This document shows, one piece after another, positions 1 through 6,925 of a DNA stretch of 11,416 bases (its first letter is position 1; each line of letters opens with the position of its first letter). The notes below the pieces were generated by a model that made no database searches, was not told where the DNA came from, and saw only the letters and a program-made list of their open reading frames with translations. The stretch is from IMG/VR virus record IMGVR_UViG_3300022188_000577, positions 1-11,416 of that record. One strand, written 5' to 3'. Both the position numbers and the translations under genes were made by a program.

Positions 1-66
1 AGCTTGAAGGTTTAACCGTTATCTGAATGTATGTAGAATCCACATCCAAATCCGTTAGAATTCCTT
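1..66 (+). repeat. Terminal direct repeat, copy 1 (circular assembly overlap)
   Basis: agcttgaagg...ttagaattcctt is identical to 11351-11416. Confidence 0.98.
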
Positions 67-1132
67 TATACTCTAATTCCGAACCATACCAAACCTCAAT
101 TACAAATGGATTAAAGTATTCCCAATCGTCTTCATAGAACTTATGCCATGTCCCATCATCATACGGATTTGTGAGCTTTGCGTATAATATCTCGACTTCT
201 TCTGTTAGTCCGTTTTCATCCGTTTGGGCTTCTGCTATTAAGTTGTTGTTTCTATCATATACTTTAACAACTCTGCCATATAATGGATTACCGTTTATAT
301 CTGTAACCTTGAATACTACTGTATAAACTCTTTGGATTTCTCCGCTTATATCTCCTTCAGCCAAATACCACCCGATTTTCCAGTTATGCGGTTTACAGTT
401 TACATATTTAGCCACATTCGGAGAGCGCAACCTGTAAACATTCGCTAACCTATCTTTTGACGAACCTCTTAAATTTCTAAAAACTTGCCCAGCAGAGTTT
501 ACGACCCATGTCATTTGCGCAACAGTCGTCTTAATGTAAACATCCTGAACGTCGCAATTAACCACGTCTTCCATATAACCCCATTTGCCCGTTATTATGT
601 TCTTGTGAAACTCAGTATATCTTAAGTCTCTCACTACATTGTGGAATAAACAACCTTTAACTTCCTTTGCATATCCTCTAAAGTCAAATCTATGTGAATC
701 ATCTCTTAGTATAAAGCTACACGCATAAAACTTAACATCGCTATCTTTCTCAACATTGAAGTATGCGATATATGAGCTTTGATATAGCACAAATGTACAT
801 CCTTTTTGATAATTTTCTTCTCCATCTGTAATTACTTTCTCACCAAAAGTAGCGTTACAGTTTGCTTTAAAGTTTATAATGCGTTCACCATTATAGCTTG
901 CTTGAGTTTCAACTACTAAAACCGTTCCCTTCTCTTCGAATAGCGTTTCAGTGCTACCATCGCCGAATTGAAGCTTAGCAGTAGTTTTGTAAACACATTC
1001 GCTAAGTTTCGTGAATTTTCCCCATCCATTATTTACGTCGGCTTGATAAATATCCTCAAAAGTGTAAGGGCTTCCGTTTTTTGACCCTACTACTGTAATT
1101 GTATTGGTTGTAGAATCGTAAGTTATCGGCAT
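1..1132 (-). CDS. 400-aa putative adhesin/terminal fibre protein, N-terminal 377 codons; continues across the junction at 11350->11280
   Basis: Hand translation: ATG at 1132 (2 nt after the upstream stop), no stop down to base 1. Begins MPITYDSTTNTITVVGSKNGSPYTFEDIYQADVNNGWG. Beta-rich middle, then a prealbumin/carboxypeptidase-regulatory-like motif VFKVTDINGNPLYGRVVKVYDRNNNLIAEAQTDENG. Function is inferred. Confidence 0.88.
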   Translation of the reverse strand, partial: MPITYDSTTNTITVVGSKNGSPYTFEDIYQADVNNGWGKFTKLSECVYKTTAKLQFGDGSTETLFEEKGTVLVVETQASYNGERIINFKANCNATFGEKVITDGEENYQKGCTFVLYQSSYIAYFNVEKDSDVKFYACSFILRDDSHRFDFRGYAKEVKGCLFHNVVRDLRYTEFHKNIITGKWGYMEDVVNCDVQDVYIKTTVAQMTWVVNSAGQVFRNLRGSSKDRLANVYRLRSPNVAKYVNCKPHNWKIGWYLAEGDISGEIQRVYTVVFKVTDINGNPLYGRVVKVYDRNNNLIAEAQTDENGLTEEVEILYAKLTNPYDDGTWHKFYEDDWEYFNPFVIEVWYGSELEYKGILTDLDVDSTYIQITVKPSS

Positions 1133-1134
1133 AT

Positions 1135-1410
1135 TTACAATGGATATTCTTCTGGAATTTCTTCACATTGGCTTAGGTCTATCTCTACGTTAATGTCTGA
1201 AACGTCAATCGTATCTTTCTCGTATTCTTTTAGACGTTCAGGAATTTCTAATCCTTGTAGCTTTAACGTTGCTACGTATAGTATCTTAAACTTTTCTGGA
1301 ACTTTGTCCCAATCCATCCTATACCACTTGTCATTGCAAGGAAACACTATCTCTAAGTTTTCTCCGCTTTGGTTCACGTTTATCAAATTGAATGGTATTT
1401 TTACTATCAT
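1135..1410 (-). CDS. Hypothetical protein, 91 aa (fibre operon)
   Basis: ATG start, 1-2 nt gaps to both neighbours, typical composition. Confidence 0.8.
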   Translation of the reverse strand: MIVKIPFNLINVNQSGENLEIVFPCNDKWYRMDWDKVPEKFKILYVATLKLQGLEIPERLKEYEKDTIDVSDINVEIDLSQCEEIPEEYPL

Positions 1411-1411
1411 A

Positions 1412-1762
1412 TTACTTATAAAACTCTGATATCTTAATTAAATTGCCGTTTTCATCATATATCAAATCTCTCTTTAATTGAATAGTTTGATTAGCTTCTT
1501 CATCAAATACATAAAAAACGATTTGCTTTAAAGTAGAATCTTCATAAATAAACTCTACGTCTAATATTTTCACTATAACTTCTTTATATTCGTTTGTAGA
1601 AGTATCTTTATAATATATTACATTTCTATTCTTATATAATGTAAATATTGGGTCTCTTAATATCACTTCATGCTTGTCTACGTAAGCTACTAACTTATTC
1701 CAATCCTTCGCATATAATACCTCTCCCTCTCTTTTTCTTAACTCGTTGTATACCTCTCCCAT
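1412..1762 (-). CDS. Putative virion fibre/adaptor protein, 116 aa
   Basis: N-terminal GEVLYAKDWNKLV resembles the G-x-x-(I/L)-x-A-x-x-WN motif of viral fibre N-termini; C-terminal LIYDENGNL beta-hairpin. Function is inferred. Confidence 0.7.
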   Translation of the reverse strand: MGEVYNELRKREGEVLYAKDWNKLVAYVDKHEVILRDPIFTLYKNRNVIYYKDTSTNEYKEVIVKILDVEFIYEDSTLKQIVFYVFDEEANQTIQLKRDLIYDENGNLIKISEFYK

Positions 1763-1771
1763 TGTTATATA

Positions 1772-2425
1772 TTATATTATTATGATATAGTTATTATCTC
1801 CATACCAATCTATGATTACTTTTTTCGTCATTACGTAACTATTATAGGGTTTTTCAGAATATACGTCAACGATTACGTTTAATATTCTACATAATTCATC
1901 GTAAAACGTATTTTTTGTTATGTTATTATGTATTTCAATACATAAATTTGGCTTGTCTCTCTTTAAAACTTCGTATGCACCTAATAAAACGTTATACTCG
2001 TGTCCTTCCGTATCTATTTTAATAAAATCTACTTTTATGTTATTGAATAAGTTATCAATCGTTTCAGTCTCTACGTCGTAAGTATCTTTTGTTTTAACTT
2101 CTTTATGCTTGTCATCAACTATTGAAGAATGAACTAACGTCTCTTTATCGTAAAACCTCGTTTTTCCTTTTATACTTGATAAAGCTATGTTATAACAAAA
2201 GACTTTCTTATTTAACAATCCCAATTCTTCCATATTTTTAATTAAAATGTTGTATAACTTTTTGTTAGGTTCAAATGCATAAACTTTTTCTGAAATTTGT
2301 GATAAAAAATAAGACCATTGCCCATCTGATGCTCCAATGTCTATTGCCACATTATACTTCTTATCCTTGAAATATTCCTTTATTTTCTTTTCGTGGACAT
2401 TCCATTTAAGTATCTCAATCACCAT
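1772..2425 (-). CDS. FkbM-family SAM-dependent methyltransferase
   Basis: Motifs IDIGASDG, VYAFEPN, NIALS, TIDNL, FIKIDTEGHEYNVLLGA, IEIH. Confidence 0.93.
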   Translation of the reverse strand: MVIEILKWNVHEKKIKEYFKDKKYNVAIDIGASDGQWSYFLSQISEKVYAFEPNKKLYNILIKNMEELGLLNKKVFCYNIALSSIKGKTRFYDKETLVHSSIVDDKHKEVKTKDTYDVETETIDNLFNNIKVDFIKIDTEGHEYNVLLGAYEVLKRDKPNLCIEIHNNITKNTFYDELCRILNVIVDVYSEKPYNSYVMTKKVIIDWYGDNNYIIII

Positions 2426-3123
2426 TTTACCTTATCTAATATATCCTTTTCCGATAACTTTCCTTTAAACTCTATTAGTATAAAGTTATCATACTGTAAA
2501 CAATTATCAATTACTTCAATATATTCCGCATATACTTTTTTTAACATGTCTTTAAATGTTTCCTTTGTTAATTCATTATATGGAAAGTAATCAAATATCT
2601 TTCTAAAAAATACTGAAATCATAAAGGCATTAGTTATCTGCTTCCCCATTGCATACTTGTCAGTTTTATCCCACCAACCCATGTAAGAATTATATACTTC
2701 TTCAACAGGTCTTTTCAACGCTATAACTTTACAATGCTTAAATCTTTCACATATTTCCTTTAAATGTATCCATATGTAAACATCTTTTATTAACCAATTT
2801 CCATCCAATCTATCTATTTCTCTTAATATTCTTAGATAACTCCCTCCTACTTCAATATCTGGATACAAGTTCCAAACCCATTCGTGCATCCATGTTTTTG
2901 CATTTTCATAAATTCGTTCAAGTAATTCTTTTGGTAGCTTATAATAATCGTGGTTAATTTCACCTATTACGTCGTGAGTTAAGCAATTTCCTCTTAACGC
3001 AAACTCTGGATAATCTTTATTGAAAGGTTCATACAATCCATATAAGTTATAATGTTCTTTTAATACTTTATATGTGAATGCTGTTCCCGTTCTCGGAAAA
3101 GAAATTATCATGAACTTAATCAT
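2419..3123 (-). CDS. PAPS-dependent sulfotransferase
   Basis: N-terminal 5'-PSB loop ISFPRTGTAF, then YEPF, and 3'-PB-like motif VIALKRPVEEVYNSY. Overlaps the methyltransferase start by 7 nt. Confidence 0.85.
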   Translation of the reverse strand: MIKFMIISFPRTGTAFTYKVLKEHYNLYGLYEPFNKDYPEFALRGNCLTHDVIGEINHDYYKLPKELLERIYENAKTWMHEWVWNLYPDIEVGGSYLRILREIDRLDGNWLIKDVYIWIHLKEICERFKHCKVIALKRPVEEVYNSYMGWWDKTDKYAMGKQITNAFMISVFFRKIFDYFPYNELTKETFKDMLKKVYAEYIEVIDNCLQYDNFILIEFKGKLSEKDILDKVKW

Positions 3124-3144
3124 GTTAAAAAAATAATTACACTA

Positions 3145-3152
3145 TTTTTAAA
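3145..3152 (-). promoter_or_regulatory. Candidate archaeal TATA box for the sulfotransferase operon
   Basis: TTTAAAAA on the minus strand, 22-29 nt upstream of the ATG at 3123, preceded by purine-rich GGAGAA. Confidence 0.45.
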
Positions 3153-3238
3153 TTCTCCGTCTTTTTAATAATCTTCTTAATAAACTTTTCTTTTCATACA
3201 ATTTCATTATCACATATATTATAAAAAATAATATTAGG

Positions 3239-3532
3239 TTAGCAAGCAAATCTACTACGTTCATTTCTTTGTTCTTCTTCAACTTTTTCTATAAAACTCT
3301 TCACGACGTTCTGGTAAGTATCGAGTATCACTGTAATCGTGTTCAAAGTTGCAAACGCCGATGCATACAGTAATGTTATAGCGTCCATTTCTTGCCCTTT
3401 TTCCTTTAGCTTTTCATTATAAGCTTCTGCTATTTCTTCAAGTAAGCTTACATACTCATCTACTATCTTTTTTAATCTCTTTTTTGATATCTCCTCTGCT
3501 TCTTTGAACCTTCTGTACACTATCATCCTCAT
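3239..3532 (-). CDS. Hypothetical helical/coiled-coil protein, 97 aa
   Basis: ATGA overlap with the upstream gene; charged helical composition. Confidence 0.8.
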   Translation of the reverse strand: MRMIVYRRFKEAEEISKKRLKKIVDEYVSLLEEIAEAYNEKLKEKGQEMDAITLLYASAFATLNTITVILDTYQNVVKSFIEKVEEEQRNERSRFAC

Positions 3533-3801
3533 TTCAATATGAATTCAATTTCTATTCCATCCTTGAACTTAACCCAGATTGTATCGTTCTTTCTTACTTC
3601 ATATGATATACCATCATCCTTTGATTTTGCGTATAATTTGTTATTATGAACGAATAAATCATCTAATTCATCAAGGTTATACTGATCGTCTATCAAAGTT
3701 ATCGATTCTATGTCTTCTTTATTTTTCTTTATATACTCTATAAATTTCCTTATCTTTTCAACTTTTTTTCTATTGAAAAAGTTTGTTATCACGTTTCCCA
3801 T
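3529..3801 (-). CDS. Hypothetical protein, 90 aa
   Basis: ATG preceded by an SD-like GTGA; overlaps both neighbours. Confidence 0.8.
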   Translation of the reverse strand: MGNVITNFFNRKKVEKIRKFIEYIKKNKEDIESITLIDDQYNLDELDDLFVHNNKLYAKSKDDGISYEVRKNDTIWVKFKDGIEIEFILK

Positions 3802-4004
3802 ATTATCACTACAGTTCTATTTCCTTTTTTCTTCGTTTTTATTTCTTCTTTTATTTCTAATTCTTTTACTGCTGAATATACAGCTCCTATCGTTGAATTC
3901 GCTTCTTTCACTATTTCCTTTACCAACTCTGATAATTCTATTTCCTTTATTCCTTTTGCTTTTAACTCATTTATTTTTTTCAAGATGTGTTCTTTCAATG
4001 TCAC
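3789..4004 (-). CDS. Winged helix-turn-helix DNA-binding protein 1 (71 aa from a GTG start)
   Basis: Aligns without gaps to 8883..9089 if it starts at GTG 4004. A TATA/BRE sits 27-34 nt upstream of that GTG, so the track start at 4052 is probably too long. Confidence 0.72.
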   Translation of the reverse strand: MTLKEHILKKINELKAKGIKEIELSELVKEIVKEANSTIGAVYSAVKELEIKEEIKTKKKGNRTVVIIWET

Positions 4005-4030
4005 GTTAATGTTATTTATTATCATCATCA

Positions 4031-4044
4031 TATTTAAATTTTTC
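4031..4044 (-). promoter_or_regulatory. BRE + TATA box for the wHTH1 operon
   Basis: Minus strand reads GAAAAA-TTTAAATA. Confidence 0.6.
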
Positions 4045-4066
4045 TTCATCAACTCGAAAATTAAAC

Positions 4067-4114
4067 AAATTGTTAAACGAATTTTTTGATAAATTGTTTG
4101 ATAAATTATTGAAT
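4067..4114. repeat. Four imperfect tandem 12-bp repeats
   Basis: aaattgttaaac / gaattttttgat / aaattgtttgat / aaattattgaat. Confidence 0.6.
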
Positions 4115-4175
4115 AAATGGTCCATTAGAGTATTTACTTTACAAAAATACTATATTTTATTTAACGACAATTACT

Positions 4176-4183
4176 TTTAATAA
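4176..4183 (+). promoter_or_regulatory. Candidate TATA box for 4209..4421
   Basis: TTTAATAA 26-33 nt upstream of the ATG. Confidence 0.45.
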
Positions 4184-4208
4184 GTTACTTGATACGTTAC
4201 TTATTAAA

Positions 4209-4421
4209 ATGTCTTACAACAAAGTTTCAAAGCTTTTTAAAAGCGTTTCGTGTTTGTTTAAACTGATTGAACTTTTTGAGAGAATTGATAATTTCCAAAA
4301 GGATCTAATTATTATAAAAGAGAGGATTAAATACATTAACGACGAAGTTACAGAAATTAAAAAAGACGTTAAAGAGTTAAGAAAGTTTATTTTCGAAATC
4401 TTAATTAAAAACAAGAAGTAA
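4209..4421 (+). CDS. Small coiled-coil protein, 70 aa
   Basis: Heptad pattern RIDNFQKDLIIIKERIKYINDEVTEIKKDVKELRKFI; upstream TATA box. Confidence 0.7.
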   Translation: MSYNKVSKLFKSVSCLFKLIELFERIDNFQKDLIIIKERIKYINDEVTEIKKDVKELRKFIFEILIKNKK

Positions 4422-4425
4422 TCCA

Positions 4426-4593
4426 TTATTTTATTATCTTAACGATTCTTTCAAACGTTGGTTTGTTCTTTAACATTACTCTAAAGACTTTATTACAATA
4501 AGGACATCTTTTCGTCCAATTGTATTTGTTATTCGATTTTGGTTGATATTTCATTGTTTTATTACAATGTGGGCATTGAACTATTAATATCAT
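4426..4593 (-). CDS. C4 zinc-ribbon protein, 55 aa (absent from the ORF track)
   Basis: Hand translation MILIVQCPHCNKTMKYQPKSNNKYNWTKRCPYCNKVFRVMLKNKPTFERIVKIIK*, with two CPxC motifs. Starts 9 nt after the upstream stop. Confidence 0.85.
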   Translation of the reverse strand: MILIVQCPHCNKTMKYQPKSNNKYNWTKRCPYCNKVFRVMLKNKPTFERIVKIIK

Positions 4594-4602
4594 ATTAACG
4601 AT

Positions 4603-5043
4603 TTATAATAAATAATATTTATTAAGTTGCGACGTTCCTAAGACGAAAGCTTTCTTAAATTCATAAGGTCTTTCATACCTATTGTATATTATTATCTTAT
4701 CTATTTCGTTTAAAATATCAGGGTTTAAGTTATACTTTGAAAACTCTTGCTTGATAATTGATACGTATCTTTCCCTATCAACTTTCCATTTATACTTTAA
4801 TTGCGTTTTGAATAGTTTTTGAGCGTATAACAAGTAAGTTTGTAATTCTATTGGTGTTAAGTTATACTTTTGTAAAACTCTTTTAACAGTTTGTAATATC
4901 CTTTGTTCAAACAAAAAATTAACTGTCCAGTTGTTTTTATATTTCTCAAAGTCTATTTTATCAATCGTGTAATTGTTAACGTAATTGTTAGTTCCTTCAA
5001 TGTCCCAGTTGCACTTTACTTTATAAAATTGCATTTTACTCAT
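4603..5043 (-). CDS. SIRV2-type capsid-fold paralog (putative minor structural protein), 146 aa
   Basis: VKRVLQKYNLTPIELQTYLLYAQKL...FSKYNLNPDILNEI matches the MCP C-terminal bundle (VGAILDSHGVPPNQRPFYINVAREV...WISRGLDPAIIDEI) and is clearly paralogous to 10878..11273. Confidence 0.78.
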   Translation of the reverse strand: MSKMQFYKVKCNWDIEGTNNYVNNYTIDKIDFEKYKNNWTVNFLFEQRILQTVKRVLQKYNLTPIELQTYLLYAQKLFKTQLKYKWKVDRERYVSIIKQEFSKYNLNPDILNEIDKIIIYNRYERPYEFKKAFVLGTSQLNKYYLL

Positions 5044-5057
5044 TGTTTAATTATGTT

Positions 5058-5146
5058 ACCCTTGATTTATAAACATTGAACCCTATGTGACCACTTGCCC
5101 TGTAATCCGACATGACCCTTGACTTAAATACTTTGAACCCTGCGTG
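5058..5146. repeat. Two 32-bp direct repeats, 57-bp period (5058-5089 and 5115-5146)
   Basis: acccttgatttataaacattgaaccctatgtg vs acccttgacttaaatactttgaaccctgcgtg, 26/32 identical. Confidence 0.85.
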
Positions 5147-5534
5147 TTACACTTACTTTATTCATAATCATTATTATCTTTAACTTCTTCGCCATCTCGA
5201 ATAGGTCTTTATACTTATTGACGTCTATATCGTGTTTTTTAATGAAATCAAGTATGTTTTGATAAATTAACTCAAAAGTTTTGTTTGTAAACTTTCTATG
5301 CTTGTAAACTATTTTTTTACAAAACGAAAACGTTAGCATTGCGTCCCACGACGTCCATTCACACCTTTCTATCTTTCTATTTGCATAATCTATAAAGTGT
5401 TTTTCAACTTCTAACTGATAAGCTAATTCATAATATACTTTATCATATGTTAACTCCTTTACTTTTGAAAATATGAGTTCCTGTTGTTGCTTGTTAAACT
5501 TGTTATAAGCTCTTTTTAAAGAATATTTAAGCAT
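5124..5534 (-). CDS. Divergent capsid-fold paralog, 136 aa (possibly 160 aa via a +1 shift, ending at 5051)
   Basis: TAATG coupling to the upstream gene. FSFCKKIVYKHRKFTNKTF...IKKHDID resembles MCP INVAREVYRLSRKFAGQTL...ISRGLD. Confidence 0.65.
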   Translation of the reverse strand: MLKYSLKRAYNKFNKQQQELIFSKVKELTYDKVYYELAYQLEVEKHFIDYANRKIERCEWTSWDAMLTFSFCKKIVYKHRKFTNKTFELIYQNILDFIKKHDIDVNKYKDLFEMAKKLKIIMIMNKVSVTRRVQSI

Positions 5535-6415
5535 TAAAAACCTCTACTTTGTCTATATTCTCTTAATACATCAAATTGAGTCGAATATGTAACTATTACA
5601 TGTTTTGCTATATCCTTATACCTTCTAACAAAATAATCTAATATCCTAAACAATTTCATTTTAACCCTATTTAAATAGTATCTTTTTCTTTCGTTTATTC
5701 TTTGCATTTTTCTTGTTAAATACTTTCTCATCCAATCTTCATAATTATCAACATACCTTTTTCTATACTCCAAGTATCTAACTTTATATCTCAATTTATA
5801 ATATGCTCTGTATACTTTGTTTTCCTTTGCTTTGTTAACTAAATCATTTAATGTGCTTATCAACTCAGAAGCTTTTGTTTTGTCATGTTCTTTATTAATT
5901 AATTTTTCATAATATTCAAGAGTATCCTCATATGCGTCTATTATTTTTAAATGTATATCATATGTTTTGTGTTGTTTTAACATATTCTTAAACGACTCAA
6001 CATCGTTTTTATAGTCATTTATTATCGATTCAATTTCGTTTAAAACCTCTTTTGCTTTATCATAATTTTTTGATTTAATTAAGTTTTTAACAAGCTCAAA
6101 CTTATTTCTTATTAAGTAATTTCTATCTCTTAATCTTCTTTCAACTGAATCAAGATCAACACCTCTTGCTTTTTGATACATATGTATGTAGAAAGGTAAA
6201 TTATCTATACAAAACCATACAGCCATTACAATTATTGAAATTAGTGCTGGGTTTATATCTATTCTATTTTCATCAATTATATATTGAAAATCTTTGTATC
6301 TTGATTTTAATCTGCTTAAAATTTCGTCATATTTTCTTATTATCTTATATCTTATTGAATCATATTTTCCTAAATAATACATTAATCTCTGTTCTGCTTC
6401 TTTTCCGGATATCAT
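5534..6415 (-). CDS. Basic alpha-helical protein, 293 aa, probably structural or DNA-binding
   Basis: Long ORF directly downstream of the MCP; rich in K/R/Y; helical. N-terminus (RLMYYLGKYD) weakly recalls the MCP N-terminal arm. Confidence 0.75.
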   Translation of the reverse strand: MISGKEAEQRLMYYLGKYDSIRYKIIRKYDEILSRLKSRYKDFQYIIDENRIDINPALISIIVMAVWFCIDNLPFYIHMYQKARGVDLDSVERRLRDRNYLIRNKFELVKNLIKSKNYDKAKEVLNEIESIINDYKNDVESFKNMLKQHKTYDIHLKIIDAYEDTLEYYEKLINKEHDKTKASELISTLNDLVNKAKENKVYRAYYKLRYKVRYLEYRKRYVDNYEDWMRKYLTRKMQRINERKRYYLNRVKMKLFRILDYFVRRYKDIAKHVIVTYSTQFDVLREYRQSRGF

Positions 6416-6421
6416 TATAAT

Positions 6422-6431
6422 AAAAAATAAA
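6422..6431 (-). terminator. Candidate archaeal oligo(T) terminator after the MCP gene
   Basis: TTTATTTTTT 15 nt after the stop; the same motif follows 8883..9089. Confidence 0.4.
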
Positions 6432-6446
6432 GTTAGTTAGATGCTA

Positions 6447-6809
6447 TTAATAGACGCAAGTTATTCCAAATAACGCCAAAATCTCGTCAATTATGGCTGG
6501 GTCTAAACCTCTTGAAATCCACTTGCTTCTTACTATGCAAGCCTCGTTAGTTAACGTTTGCCCTGCAAATTTCCTTGATAACCTGTAAACTTCTCTTGCA
6601 ACATTGATATAGAAAGGTCTTTGGTTTGGAGGAACTCCGTGCGAGTCTAAAATAGCACCTACTTGAGTTTCTATTGTTGCTAAGTTGCTAAATTGTGTAT
6701 CAACTTGCTCTACCATTATATCCTTTAACGCTGTAAATCTACTTTGAATTACTGTTGGGTCGACTTTTGCTTCATACTTTTTCTTCCTATATACGTCAGA
6801 CCTTACCAT
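6447..6809 (-). CDS. Major capsid protein, SIRV2/AFV1-type (Adnaviria helical MCP), 120 aa
   Basis: Basic N-terminal arm RSDVYRKKKYEAKVDPTV, then V-x-A-I-L-x-x-x-G-V...R-x-x-Y and a terminal GLDPAIIDEI. As I recall it, this parallels the rudivirus coat pattern (RYAKWQAKF...NPTV...VSAVLTQYGI...NRAIY...NPQVLDAV). Has its own strong TATA box and a downstream T-tract. Confidence 0.85.
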   Translation of the reverse strand: MVRSDVYRKKKYEAKVDPTVIQSRFTALKDIMVEQVDTQFSNLATIETQVGAILDSHGVPPNQRPFYINVAREVYRLSRKFAGQTLTNEACIVRSKWISRGLDPAIIDEILALFGITCVY

Positions 6810-6835
6810 CTCAATATATAATGTATTTTTACTAC

Positions 6836-6850
6836 TATATAAAGTTTATC
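6836..6850 (-). promoter_or_regulatory. BRE + TATA box of the MCP promoter
   Basis: Minus strand GATAAAC-TTTATATA; TATA is 27-34 nt upstream of ATG 6809. Confidence 0.7.
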
Positions 6851-6890
6851 TTGTTGTTTCACTTTTGAGTTATCAAGAACCCATTGTGTT

Positions 6891-6903
6891 CAAAATTTAT
6901 AAA
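6891..6903 (+). promoter_or_regulatory. BRE + TATA box of the divergent zinc-finger operon
   Basis: CAAAA-TTTATAAA; TATA is 23-30 nt upstream of ATG 6926. Confidence 0.65.
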
Positions 6904-6925
6904 TGAAAGGTCATGTTGGTATATT

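Noticed and set aside
1-66. Terminal repeat as a biological DTR or att site
   Set aside because: It falls in the middle of a coding sequence and no integrase is present; it is best explained as assembly overlap.
1193-1429. 78-aa plus-strand ORF
   Set aside because: Antisense shadow of 1135..1410; S/F/I-rich.
1772-2425. Methyltransferase as a DNA methyltransferase of an R-M system
   Set aside because: No DPPY/NPPY or PCQ catalytic motif; the motifs are FkbM-type.
2393-2590. 65-aa plus-strand ORF
   Set aside because: Antisense to the sulfotransferase and methyltransferase genes.
3710-4009. 99-aa very hydrophobic ORF that looks like a membrane protein
   Set aside because: The L/F richness is the reverse complement of K/E codons in the wHTH1 and 90-aa genes.
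4214-4426. 70-aa minus-strand ORF with a TAATG overlap to the Zn-ribbon gene
   Set aside because: Fully antisense to the coiled-coil ORF 4209..4421, which has a TATA box and normal composition. Not completely excluded.
5058-5146. 32-bp repeat pair with a 25-bp spacer as a viral mini-CRISPR array
   Set aside because: The copies differ at 6/32 positions in a codon-structured way and the spacer is short; a coding repeat fits better.
6166-6420. 84-aa plus-strand ORF
   Set aside because: Antisense shadow of the 293-aa gene.
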